This document shows positions 24,615 through 32,000 of a stretch of 32,000 bases of DNA, piece by piece. This DNA comes from Trichlorobacter lovleyi SZ (GTDB lineage Bacteria; Desulfobacterota; Desulfuromonadia; Geobacterales; Pseudopelobacteraceae): positions 1,650,001 through 1,682,000 of the forward strand of contig NC_010814.1 in NCBI RefSeq assembly GCF_000020385.1, in the 5' to 3' direction. Position 1 is the first letter of the stretch. Every line of letters begins with the position of its first letter. The translations under genes were made by a program, and so were the position numbers. The notes under the pieces were generated by a model. The model was not told the DNA's origin. It did not search any database and saw only the letters and a program-made list of their open reading frames with translations.

Positions 24615-25757
24615 ATGTTTGATTATAATGAACGTCCTGATCTGGCCCCTTTTGCCTGCACCAGTGCTGCTTCCAAAGGGCGCAAGTATCCTGAAGAATC
24701 CTCTGATCCCCGCCCCATGTTTGAGCGTGACCGTGACCGGGTCATCCACTGTGCCGCTTTTCGCCGCCTGGAGTACAAGACCCAGGTCTTCCTGAATCAC
24801 GAAGGGGACTACTACCGCACCCGCCTGACCCACTCACTGGAGGTGGCCCAGATCGGCAAGGCGGTTGCCCTGCGGCTGCGTCTGAATAGCGACCTGACCG
24901 AGGCGCTGGCCCTGGCCCATGACCTGGGGCATACCCCCTTCGGCCATACCGGTGAAGAGGTGTTGAACCAGCTGATGCAGGGCTACGGGGGATTTGAGCA
25001 CAACTATCAGTCCTTCCGGGTGGTGAATGAACTGGAAGAACGCTATGCCGAATTTGATGGCCTGAACCTTTCCTGGGAGGTGCGGGAAGGGATCCTGAAA
25101 CACTCCTCGCCCCATGATGTGCCCACCAGGATTCTGGACGAGTTCCTGCCCGGCGTGGTTCCCTCCATTGAGGGGCAGTTGATCAACTATGCCGATGAGA
25201 TCGCCTATAACAACCACGATATTGATGACGGTATCAAATCCGGTTACCTGACCCTGGACCAGCTGAAAGAGGTGGAGTTATGGCAACGGATGGTCAGCCG
25301 GGTGCGGGAGCGTTACCCGGCCATTGATGACAAGCGGCTGGTGGCCCGTACGGTCAGCGCCCTGATCGGCATGCAGATCACCGATATCTGCGAGACCACC
25401 CGGGCCAATATCCAGCAGTACGGCATCAACAGTCTGGATGACCTGCGCCGGGTCAACCGGGTGCTGGTCCATTTCAGCCCCCAGGTTGAGCAGGAGAACA
25501 TGGCCCTGAAGAAATTCCTGAAGGAGAAGCTCTACCGCCACCACAAGGTGGACAAGATGCGGGTCAAGGCCGAACATGTCTTAAGCAAGCTGTTTGAAAC
25601 CTACCTGAAGCGGCCCAACCTGCTGCCGCCCAAGTACCACCGCAGAATAGAGCAGAACGGGGTGGAGCGGACCGTGGCGGATTACCTGGCCGGCATGACC
25701 GACCGCTATGCGCTGGATGATTACAAGACGTTGTTCGAGACCTTTGAACGGGTGTAG
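24615..25757 (+). CDS. dgt: deoxyguanosinetriphosphate triphosphohydrolase-like protein (HD domain)
   Basis: RBS GAGGAG. FERDRDRVIHCAAFRRLEYKTQVF...RTRLTHSLEVAQIG...LAHDLGHTPFGHTGE...YADEIAYNNHDIDDG is the dGTPase family signature. Confidence 0.9.
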   Translation: MFDYNERPDLAPFACTSAASKGRKYPEESSDPRPMFERDRDRVIHCAAFRRLEYKTQVFLNHEGDYYRTRLTHSLEVAQIGKAVALRLRLNSDLTEALALAHDLGHTPFGHTGEEVLNQLMQGYGGFEHNYQSFRVVNELEERYAEFDGLNLSWEVREGILKHSSPHDVPTRILDEFLPGVVPSIEGQLINYADEIAYNNHDIDDGIKSGYLTLDQLKEVELWQRMVSRVRERYPAIDDKRLVARTVSALIGMQITDICETTRANIQQYGINSLDDLRRVNRVLVHFSPQVEQENMALKKFLKEKLYRHHKVDKMRVKAEHVLSKLFETYLKRPNLLPPKYHRRIEQNGVERTVADYLAGMTDRYALDDYKTLFETFERV

Positions 25758-25900
25758 CAGCTTGTTAAAAAAACTATTGCGGAGCCTGTCTACGGCGTTG
25801 CGCGGTGCTCGCTCCTTCGCCTAACTGTCTGTTATGTCTCAGTCGCTGTGCTCCGTGCGCCTTGTAGCCATGCTTCCTCATGACGTTTTTAAACAACCTG
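25758..25900. repeat. ~143-bp imperfect palindromic intergenic element (REP/MITE-like) with terminal inverted repeats
   Basis: The left end CAGCTTGTTAAAAAAAC (25758-25774) and the reverse complement of the right end CAGGTTGTTTAAAAACG (25884-25900) match at 13/17 positions. Interior arms are also partly complementary (GCGGAGC..CTACGGCG..GCGGTGCTC vs GGAAGC..CTACAAGGCG..ACGGAGCAC). It starts immediately after the dgt stop. Confidence 0.5.
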
Positions 25901-25902
25901 AC

Positions 25903-25914
25903 ATATATATATAT
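25903..25914. repeat. (AT)6 dinucleotide microsatellite
   Basis: Read directly: atatatatatat, 2 nt after the palindromic element and ~70 nt upstream of the NRAMP start. Confidence 0.9.
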
Positions 25915-25983
25915 GGGATACGATGTGGAGGTAGATCAAAAAATGGCCCATCTTGCTAAACCGGCATATTCTGCGTTAGGTCA

Positions 25984-27237
25984 ATGAACTGGCTCTCCCA
26001 CATAGGCAGACATGCCTCGCGCCTGGCCTCACTGGAGCTGTTCCGCTACATCGGCCCCGGCTTCTTTGTCACCGTCGGTTTCATCGACCCCGGCAACTGG
26101 GTCACCAACGTGGCTGCCGGTTCGCAATTCGGCTACAAACTGCTCTGGGTGGTGACCCTCTCCACGGTGATCCTGATCGTTGTCCAGCATAACGCCGCCC
26201 ACCTGGGGATTGTCACCGGTCTCTGTCTTTCGGAGGCGGCCTCAAAATTCTTCAAACCATGGTTGCGGGTACTCATGCTGGGAAGTGCCATGGTCGCCTG
26301 TGTCGCCACTGCGTTGGCAGAGCTGCTGGGGGCAGCCATCGGCCTGAATATGCTGACCGGCCTGCCGCTGCTGGTCGGTGCCCTCTGTTCGGCACTCTTT
26401 TCGGCCTGGATGCTCTTCTCCAAAAATTATCAACGGCTTGAAAAGTGGATCATGGGGTTTGTCTCCCTGATCGGTCTGGCCTTTGTCTTTGAAATCTGGC
26501 TGGCCGACGTCTCCTGGGTCCAGACCTTTACCGGCTGGGTGACGCCGAGCTTTCCCGTTGGGGCGCTGCCGGTCATCATGGGGGTGCTGGGGGCGGTTGT
26601 CATGCCCCACAACATCTTCCTGCATTCAGAGGTGATCCAGAGCCGTCAGTGGAACGTGCATGGCGATGACGTGATCAGGAAACAGCTGAAGTACGAATTT
26701 CTGGACACACTGACCGGCATGGGGGCCGGCTGGGCCATCAACAGCGCCATGATTATCATGGCCGCCGCCGTGTTCTTCAAAGGGGGCATCGTGGTCACCG
26801 AACTTCCCCAGGTCACCGTCACTCTGGCGCCGGTCTTCGGCAAGGCCTCAGCGGTGGTCTTTGCGCTGGGCCTGATCTTTGCCGGACTTTCATCGTCAGT
26901 CACCGCCGCCATGGCGGGCGGGAGCGTCTTTGCCGGCATCTTCAGTGAACCGTTCGATATCAATGATCCCCATTCACGGGTCGGCCTGGGTATCACGCTG
27001 GTTGGAGCGTTGGCGGTCATCATGTTGTTGGCTGACCCGTTCAAGGGAATCCTCTGGAGCCAGATCGCCCTCTCGCTGCAGCTCCCGCTTACCATCATCC
27101 CGCTGATCCTGCTGACCTCATCAAAAGCGGTCATGGGGAGCTATGCCAACAAACCCTACGGCGCTGCCGTGCTCTGGATCACCGGTCTGATTGTCATCGG
27201 TCTTAACCTGGCACTGTTGATCGATATGGCGCGGTAA
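25984..27237 (+). CDS. mntH: NRAMP-family divalent metal (Mn2+/Fe2+) transporter
   Basis: GPGFFVTVGFIDPGNWVTNVAAGSQFGY contains the NRAMP DPGN motif, together with AVVMPHNIFLHSEVIQSR. Polytopic membrane protein of 417 aa. Confidence 0.9.
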   Translation: MNWLSHIGRHASRLASLELFRYIGPGFFVTVGFIDPGNWVTNVAAGSQFGYKLLWVVTLSTVILIVVQHNAAHLGIVTGLCLSEAASKFFKPWLRVLMLGSAMVACVATALAELLGAAIGLNMLTGLPLLVGALCSALFSAWMLFSKNYQRLEKWIMGFVSLIGLAFVFEIWLADVSWVQTFTGWVTPSFPVGALPVIMGVLGAVVMPHNIFLHSEVIQSRQWNVHGDDVIRKQLKYEFLDTLTGMGAGWAINSAMIIMAAAVFFKGGIVVTELPQVTVTLAPVFGKASAVVFALGLIFAGLSSSVTAAMAGGSVFAGIFSEPFDINDPHSRVGLGITLVGALAVIMLLADPFKGILWSQIALSLQLPLTIIPLILLTSSKAVMGSYANKPYGAAVLWITGLIVIGLNLALLIDMAR

Positions 27238-27324
27238 GCAAAAATAGCTGCGTCCTGTCGGTTCCGGCTGCTGCCCGAGCTGGTGTACCTTATTACGTTA
27301 CATATTTTTACGAAAGCAGACACC

Positions 27325-27933
27325 ATGAAACCAACTGCCCCAGCTGATCGCCACGATTTTTTCGCCTTTCTGGCCCGGATGCAGTACATCAACCGCTGGG
27401 GCCTGATGCGCAATACCCAGCCGGAAAATATCAAGGAGCATTCCCTGGATGTGGCCATGCTGGCCCATGCCCTGGTGGTGATCCGCAACACCTTTTACGG
27501 CGGTACGCTGGACCCGAATCAGGCAGCCATGTACGGTATCTTCCACGATGCCAGCGAGATCTTTACCGGCGACATGCCGACACCGGTGAAGCATTTTAAT
27601 CCCCGTTTCAAGAAGTCGTTCCACCAGCTTGAGGACCGCGCCCGCCGGAAGCTTTTGGCCATGCTTCCGCCGGAACTGTCACAGGTCTACGAACCGCTGT
27701 TCTTTTTTGAGGAGCAGGATGAGCAGTACAAGCCGGTCATCAAGGCGGCCGACAAGATTGCGGCCCTGATCAAGTGTCTGGAAGAGGAAAAGTCAGGCAA
27801 TCTGGAGTTCAAGCGGGCAGGGCAGGAGCATCTGGAAGCGCTACGCAAGAGCCCCTTGCCTGAGGTCATCTATTTTCTGGATCACTTCCTGCCGGGATAC
27901 CGGCTGTCTCTTGATGAACTGTATCTGGGGTAG
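27325..27933 (+). CDS. yfbR: 5'-deoxynucleotidase, YfbR-like HD-domain phosphohydrolase
   Basis: From ATG 27325: FFAFLARMQYINRWGLMRNTQPENIKEHSLDVAMLAHAL...FHDASEIFTGDMPTPVKHFN...KAADKIAALIKCLEE aligns closely with E. coli YfbR as I recall it. Confidence 0.85.
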   Translation: MKPTAPADRHDFFAFLARMQYINRWGLMRNTQPENIKEHSLDVAMLAHALVVIRNTFYGGTLDPNQAAMYGIFHDASEIFTGDMPTPVKHFNPRFKKSFHQLEDRARRKLLAMLPPELSQVYEPLFFFEEQDEQYKPVIKAADKIAALIKCLEEEKSGNLEFKRAGQEHLEALRKSPLPEVIYFLDHFLPGYRLSLDELYLG

Positions 27934-27947
27934 GGGAGGTCGTGCTG

Positions 27948-28400
27948 ATGGACGATCAACTGGCTGAAGCGGCTGAACGGGAGTACCAGCGGGCCTGCCG
28001 GGCGCTGGATTCCGGCAATGTGCTGGCGGCGTTGCTGCTGCTGGAGGCTGCCCTGCGGCAGCAGGACAATCTGCAGTGGTATGCCATGCTGGGATACTGT
28101 GTTGCCCGTGAGCGGGGGCAGGTCGCCCGTGGCACGGAGCTGTGCCGTTCTGCGCTGGAGCGGTTCCCTGAAAATCCTGAACATTACTATTACTATGCCA
28201 GGCTGTTGTTGATGGCGGGGCAGAAGGCCGAGGCGGTGCAGGTGTTGCGGCAGGGGCTGGCCCATGGCGAAAGCCCTGCCATTCTGAATCTGCTGCAGGA
28301 GCTGGGCACCCGCAAGCCGCCGCCAATCCGCTGGTTGCATCGCAATAATCCCCTCAATAAATATCTGGGCATCCTGCTGGCGCGGGCCGGTTTGCGCTAG
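27948..28400 (+). CDS. small TPR-like helical-repeat protein
   Basis: ATG 27948 lies 8 nt after GGGGAGG. The sequence has Ala/Leu-rich repeat helices (AALLLLEAALRQ, YYYYARLLLMAGQKAEAVQVLRQGL). No specific family was recognised. Confidence 0.5.
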   Translation: MDDQLAEAAEREYQRACRALDSGNVLAALLLLEAALRQQDNLQWYAMLGYCVARERGQVARGTELCRSALERFPENPEHYYYYARLLLMAGQKAEAVQVLRQGLAHGESPAILNLLQELGTRKPPPIRWLHRNNPLNKYLGILLARAGLR

Positions 28401-28422
28401 CCGGCTGCTGCCTTTGGATAAA

Positions 28423-28453
28423 ACAGTCTGCCTGCCTTGCAGATTGCCATTTT
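28423..28453 (+). terminator. candidate Rho-independent terminator after the TPR gene
   Basis: The stem CAGTCTGC (28423-28430) pairs with GCAGATTG (28438-28445) over 8 bp including one G-U. The loop is 7 nt, followed by CCA and TTTTT (28449-28453). Confidence 0.35.
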
Positions 28454-28491
28454 TCCGCTAGAGTAGGAGACACCAAAAGCGGGGTGCACCC

Positions 28492-29169
28492 ATGGCTGAC
28501 AAAGCGATACAACTGCATCAGGTGGAGAACCGGCTGTTTCGGCTGGCAACGGATCTGCTGGCAACGGTCCGCGATACCGCCGGTTTTGCAGCCACCATGT
28601 CGGCCTATACCGACCTGGCCGAGCAGCTGGCCGGGCATAAAACGGTTGCCTGCAAGGCCGGTTGCTTCCACTGCTGTGTCCTGAATGTGGCGGTGCTGCT
28701 GCCTGAAGCGGTTGCCATTGCCGGCTGGCTTTCCCTGCATTGTTCCGGCGCCGGGTGTGATGCCCAGCTGAAGCGCCTGCAGTCCCATGCGCTGCGTGTG
28801 CGCTGGATGGAGGACAGTGAACGGATACATCGCCAGACCCTCTGCCCGTTTGTTGATGCCCAGGGGAGCTGCAGTATCTATCCGGTGCGCCCCCTGGTCT
28901 GCCGTGCGGTGACCTCGCTGGATAAAGCCGACTGTCTTACGGCCCTTGATCCCAATCAGTCTGAAGCCGGCCATGGCGTTCCGATGGACACCACGCGCCG
29001 GATGGTCATGGATGCCGCATTCTGTGCCCTGGCACGGGCAATGAATCAGCAGCCGATGATGAGCCGCAGCATAGAACTGAGCAATGGCGTGACCGCCTTT
29101 CTGACAGACCCCGGCCTGGTGGCCGCGCTGATTTCCGGTGCGAATCTGCCGGACAGCCTGTGGGATTAG
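28492..29169 (+). CDS. YkgJ-family (UPF0153) cysteine-cluster protein
   Basis: CKAGCFHCCVLNV (CxxxCxxCC) plus CPFVDAQGSCSIYPVRPLVCR are the two Cys clusters typical of the YkgJ / putative Fe-S or zinc-binding family. Confidence 0.7.
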   Translation: MADKAIQLHQVENRLFRLATDLLATVRDTAGFAATMSAYTDLAEQLAGHKTVACKAGCFHCCVLNVAVLLPEAVAIAGWLSLHCSGAGCDAQLKRLQSHALRVRWMEDSERIHRQTLCPFVDAQGSCSIYPVRPLVCRAVTSLDKADCLTALDPNQSEAGHGVPMDTTRRMVMDAAFCALARAMNQQPMMSRSIELSNGVTAFLTDPGLVAALISGANLPDSLWD

Positions 29170-29207
29170 GCAGCCCTTCCTGCCTGAAACGCCGCCTTGG
29201 AGTAATT

Positions 29208-31685
29208 ATGAAGATGCCCAGAATACGACATGCACCGCTGCTGGTGGCCGGGATCATTACCCTGCTGATGCTGCTGGCAACACTGCTGCAGTGGTACCCG
29301 CTACAGCTGCTTGAGTACAAGAGCTACGACCTGCGGGCCAGGTTGCGGGCCAGGAAGCCGGTTGCGCCGATAGTGGTGGTGGCCATTGATGATGCCAGTA
29401 TTGAACGGCTGGGGCGCTGGCCCTGGCCCCGGGGCTATATGGCGGAGTTGACCGCCCAGATCGCCTCCTATGAACCGGCCCTGATCGGTACCAATATCCT
29501 CTACACCGAGGCGGATAAAAATTCAGGTCTGGAAGAGATCAAGGCGCTGCGGGAGTCGGTCAGCAAGCTGGGGGGCAGTCCGGCAGTGCTGGAGGCGATC
29601 AGCCAGTCTGAGCAAAGACTGGATAATGACGCCCTGCTGGCTGCCTCGCTGGCCAGTACCAACAAGGTGATCCTGCCGCTGTTCTTTACCCTGGGCGAAC
29701 AGGCCGGCAACCCTGATCCCAACCTGGCTGACTATCTCAAAAAGTCTTCTAAGGAGCAGGCCGGTCCGGCCGGTCTGCAACAGGCCCGTGAGCTGGCAGC
29801 GCCGATCCCGGCCTTTGCCGGCAAGGCTCTTTCCCTGGGGCATATCAATATTGTGCCGGACAGTGACGGCACGGTGCGGCGCGAGTCGCTGCTGGTCTAT
29901 TACCGCGGGCGTCTGTTTCCCTCCTTTGCCCTGCAGTCGGCACTTTCCTACCTGCGGATTGCGCCAAAAGATATTCAAGTTTCCGGGGGGAGGTTGTCAG
30001 CCGGACGGCTTTCGATTCCGGTGGATGAACGGGGTCAGATGCTGCTCAGCTACAACGGCGGCTTTGGCAGTTTTTCCACCTATTCCTTCTTTGATGTGGC
30101 AGCAGGTAGTGTTAAACCGGAAACCTTCAAGGGCAAGATCGTCCTGATCGGTCCGGTAGCCACCGGCATTGCCGGTTTTGCGGTAACTCCCTTCCAATCC
30201 ACTTATCCCGGTATTGAGGTGATAGCCACTGCCATTGAAAACCTGCTGAACAACAATGTGATTGCCCGCCCGGATTGGGCACGCTGGGCCGAGTTAGGGG
30301 TCATGCTGTTGTTTGGCCTGTTCCTGGCCCTGGCGTTGCCACGGCTTAAGGCAGGCATGAGTGCCGCCATTGCCGCCGGTCTGCTGCTGATCTGGAACGG
30401 TGCGGCGGTCTGGTTATTTGCCGGGCAGGGGATCTGGCTGGGCATGGTGGGGCCGACACTGCTCTTGGCCATCGGTTACACGGCACTGGTCTCCATGCGC
30501 TACCGGATGACCGAACAACGCAACGAGCTGGTGGAGAGCGACAGCATTGAGACTAACAAGATGCTGGGGCTGTCGTTTCAGGGCCAGGGATTGCTGGACC
30601 TGGCCTTTGAGAAGTTCCGCAAGTGCCCGATTGAAGACGATACCATCAAGGATCTGCTCTACAATCTGGCCCTTGATTTTGAACGCAAGCGGATGTTCAA
30701 CAAGGCCGCTGCCGTGTACGAACATATCCTGACCGTGGGTGATTACAAGGATATCAAGGAGCGGATCGCCACCATGAAGGTGGCGGGCGAGACCATGATC
30801 TTTGGCGGCGGCGGACGGCGTGAAGGCACCATCATTGCCGGTCCCGGCGGGGTAATTGTCTCTGCCCCGACCATCGGGCGCTATGAGATTCAGAAAGAGC
30901 TTGGCCGGGGCGCCATGGGGGTGGTCTATCTGGGCAAAGACCCCAAGATAAACCGGCTGGTGGCAATCAAGACCGTGCGATTTGAAGAGGTGGATCCGGA
31001 TCTGCTGGAGGAGACCAAGAAACGTTTCTTCCGCGAGGCCGAGGCGGCCGGTACCCTCAATCACCCCAATATTGTGACGATTTATGATGTGGGCGAAGAA
31101 GAAGATCTGGCCTACGTGGCGATGGAACTGCTGGAAGGTTCCGACCTGACTCCTTATATCAAGAAGGAAAAGCTGCTGCCTGCCAAGACCCTGCTGAAGA
31201 TCATCGGCAGCGTGGCCGAGGGGCTGGCCTTTGCCCATGAGAAGGGGATCGTGCACCGCGATATCAAACCGGCCAACATCATGCTATTGAAGGACGGTAC
31301 GGTCAAGATCGCCGACTTCGGTATCGCCCGTATCACCACCTCATCAGCCACCCAGACCGGTACGGTACTGGGTACCCCCAGCTACATGTCGCCGGAACAG
31401 GTGGCAGGCCAGAAGGTGGATGGCAGATCTGACCTGTTTTCGCTGGGTGTGGCGATGTATGAACTGCTTTGCGGCCAGAAACCATTCAGCGGTGACAGTA
31501 TTGCAGCGTTGATGTACGCCATTGCCAACAAGCCGCCGCTGTTGATTACCCAGATCGATCCGAATATTCCGCAGTGCTGCGCCTATATTGCCCACCGCCT
31601 GATCACCAAGGATCTGACCAAGCGCTACCAGAATGCGCGGGAAGTGGTGGAGCATGTCAAGATGTGCCTGCATAAATTGGGGTAA
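29208..31685 (+). CDS. CHASE2 sensor domain / TM / TPR-like linker / Hanks-type Ser/Thr protein kinase
   Basis: ATG 29208 follows GGAG. TM1 is followed by CHASE2-like IVVVAIDDASIERLGRWPWPR...GHINIVPDSDGTVRR, then three TM helices (~res 365-440). Kinase motifs are GRGAMGVVY, VAIK, HRDIKPANIM, DFG and GTPSYMSPE. Confidence 0.9.
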   Translation: MKMPRIRHAPLLVAGIITLLMLLATLLQWYPLQLLEYKSYDLRARLRARKPVAPIVVVAIDDASIERLGRWPWPRGYMAELTAQIASYEPALIGTNILYTEADKNSGLEEIKALRESVSKLGGSPAVLEAISQSEQRLDNDALLAASLASTNKVILPLFFTLGEQAGNPDPNLADYLKKSSKEQAGPAGLQQARELAAPIPAFAGKALSLGHINIVPDSDGTVRRESLLVYYRGRLFPSFALQSALSYLRIAPKDIQVSGGRLSAGRLSIPVDERGQMLLSYNGGFGSFSTYSFFDVAAGSVKPETFKGKIVLIGPVATGIAGFAVTPFQSTYPGIEVIATAIENLLNNNVIARPDWARWAELGVMLLFGLFLALALPRLKAGMSAAIAAGLLLIWNGAAVWLFAGQGIWLGMVGPTLLLAIGYTALVSMRYRMTEQRNELVESDSIETNKMLGLSFQGQGLLDLAFEKFRKCPIEDDTIKDLLYNLALDFERKRMFNKAAAVYEHILTVGDYKDIKERIATMKVAGETMIFGGGGRREGTIIAGPGGVIVSAPTIGRYEIQKELGRGAMGVVYLGKDPKINRLVAIKTVRFEEVDPDLLEETKKRFFREAEAAGTLNHPNIVTIYDVGEEEDLAYVAMELLEGSDLTPYIKKEKLLPAKTLLKIIGSVAEGLAFAHEKGIVHRDIKPANIMLLKDGTVKIADFGIARITTSSATQTGTVLGTPSYMSPEQVAGQKVDGRSDLFSLGVAMYELLCGQKPFSGDSIAALMYAIANKPPLLITQIDPNIPQCCAYIAHRLITKDLTKRYQNAREVVEHVKMCLHKLG

Positions 31686-31688
31686 GCT

Positions 31689-32000
31689 ATGGAATTAACC
31701 GCCTTTGGACAGACCGACGTGGGTCAGGTGCGCCCCCATAACGAAGACTCGATCCTGCTGGAGCCTTCCCTGCAGCTGTATGCCGTGGCCGATGGCATGG
31801 GGGGGCACAAGGGGGGCGAATGTGCCAGCCGGATCTGTCTGGATACCCTGCGGGATTATCTGCAAATGGCAGCCAGGGGGCATGCGCCGTTGGTGGGTGA
31901 GGCGGATACAGCCCATTCAGAGGCGGCCAACCTGCTGGGCTCTGCGGTCCGTTTTGCCAACCGGGCGGTATTTGAGGCGGCGTTTTCCAAGCCGGAGTGG
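31689..32000 (+). CDS. PP2C-family Ser/Thr protein phosphatase (3' end outside window)
   Basis: My own translation from ATG 31689 gives MELTAFGQTDVGQVRPHNEDSILLEPSLQLYAVADGMGGHKGGECAS..., the canonical Stp/PrpC N-terminus. The frame is open to base 32000 and starts 4 nt after the kinase stop. Confidence 0.85.
   Translation, partial: MELTAFGQTDVGQVRPHNEDSILLEPSLQLYAVADGMGGHKGGECASRICLDTLRDYLQMAARGHAPLVGEADTAHSEAANLLGSAVRFANRAVFEAAFSKPEW

Noticed and set aside
24615-25757. dGTPase-like gene as a stand-alone anti-phage nucleotide-depletion defence gene.
   Set aside because: The ~380-aa dGTPase-like protein is a widely conserved housekeeping family. Nothing in the sequence (no fused sensor domain, no defence-island neighbours beyond a common VapBC pair) distinguishes it as a defence variant. 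It is kept only as a low-weight possibility in the dgt-mntH-yfbR finding.
25944-25957. TGGCCC-atc-TTGCT upstream of mntH, which resembles a sigma54 -24/-12 promoter.
   Set aside because: The spacer between the GG and GC elements is two nucleotides too short (N3 instead of N5 between the hexamer and TTGC). Sigma54 promoters are intolerant of spacing changes.
25758-25983. Possible metal-sensing riboswitch or Fur/MntR box in the mntH leader. I also checked for GEMM-type c-di-GMP riboswitches in the other long leaders (622-895, 7781-7989, 15000-15169, 18512-18666).
   Set aside because: I could not find the conserved GEMM cores (GCAAA ... GACGCAAAGCC-like), a yybP-ykoY-like four-way junction signature, or a GATAATGATAATCATTATC-like Fur box. 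A covariance-model scan (Rfam/Infernal) would be needed to exclude them formally.
30414-31256. 280-aa minus-strand ORF opposite the Ser/Thr kinase domain. Similar long antisense ORFs occur at 28354-28974, 27841-28340, 26646-27134, 20685-21143, 10394-10957, 3225-3650 and 2593-3228.
   Set aside because: Each lies entirely antisense to a plus-strand gene with unmistakable domain motifs. Their translations are low-complexity (Arg/Gly/Pro/Gln-rich) with no recognisable motif and no RBS context. These are typical shadow ORFs of GC-rich coding DNA.
1-32000. Search for tRNA/rRNA genes, CRISPR repeat-spacer arrays, transposases, integrases or phage genes.
   Set aside because: No T-loop-like GGTTCGAATCC motifs, no regularly spaced 25-40-nt direct repeats, and no recombinase-like or transposase-like translations were seen in any frame. 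The only mobile-element-like feature is the non-coding palindromic element at 25758-25900.

Overview
This window is dominated by signal-transduction genes. All calls come from reading motifs in the supplied translations and the DNA; no database search was run.

Positions 1-21962 hold 22 consecutive plus-strand genes:
- the 3' end of a methyl-accepting chemotaxis protein gene;
- an HsbR/HsbA-like partner-switching pair (REC-PP2C-HATPase plus a STAS protein);
- five histidine kinases: two HisKA_3 type, two paralogous HEINNPMGF-box type, and one PAS-GAF hybrid;
- three NarL/LuxR response regulators;
- several stand-alone, PAS-fused or HD-GYP-fused receivers, giving 11 receiver domains in total;
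- a PhnD-like periplasmic binding protein translationally coupled to a HAMP-PAS kinase;
- a YeeE/TusA sulfur-transport pair that runs directly into a PAS-GGDEF-EAL gene.

The right third (21974-32000) is visibly more GC-rich and more ordinary:
- a YyaL-type thioredoxin-domain protein on the minus strand;
- a Phd/VapC toxin-antitoxin pair with an operator palindrome;
- a dGTPase-like HD hydrolase;
- a ~143-bp imperfect palindromic intergenic element followed by (AT)6;
- an NRAMP metal transporter;
- a YfbR-type 5'-deoxynucleotidase;
- a small TPR-like protein and a YkgJ Cys-cluster protein;
- a CHASE2-TPR-Ser/Thr kinase and the start of a PP2C phosphatase.

No rRNA, tRNA, CRISPR array, transposase or integrase was recognised. 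The gene repertoire suggests a Desulfuromonadales/Geobacter-like deltaproteobacterium, but that is inference only.

The candidates most worth follow-up are:
- the one-kinase/four-receiver module with an HD-GYP output (7990-12235);
- the YeeE-TusA-GGDEF/EAL operon (18667-21962);
- the binding-protein/kinase pair (15636-18511);
- the HsbR/HsbA-like pair, which has no Hpt partner in the window (896-2907);
- the TPR/YkgJ/CHASE2-kinase/PP2C cluster (27948-32000).
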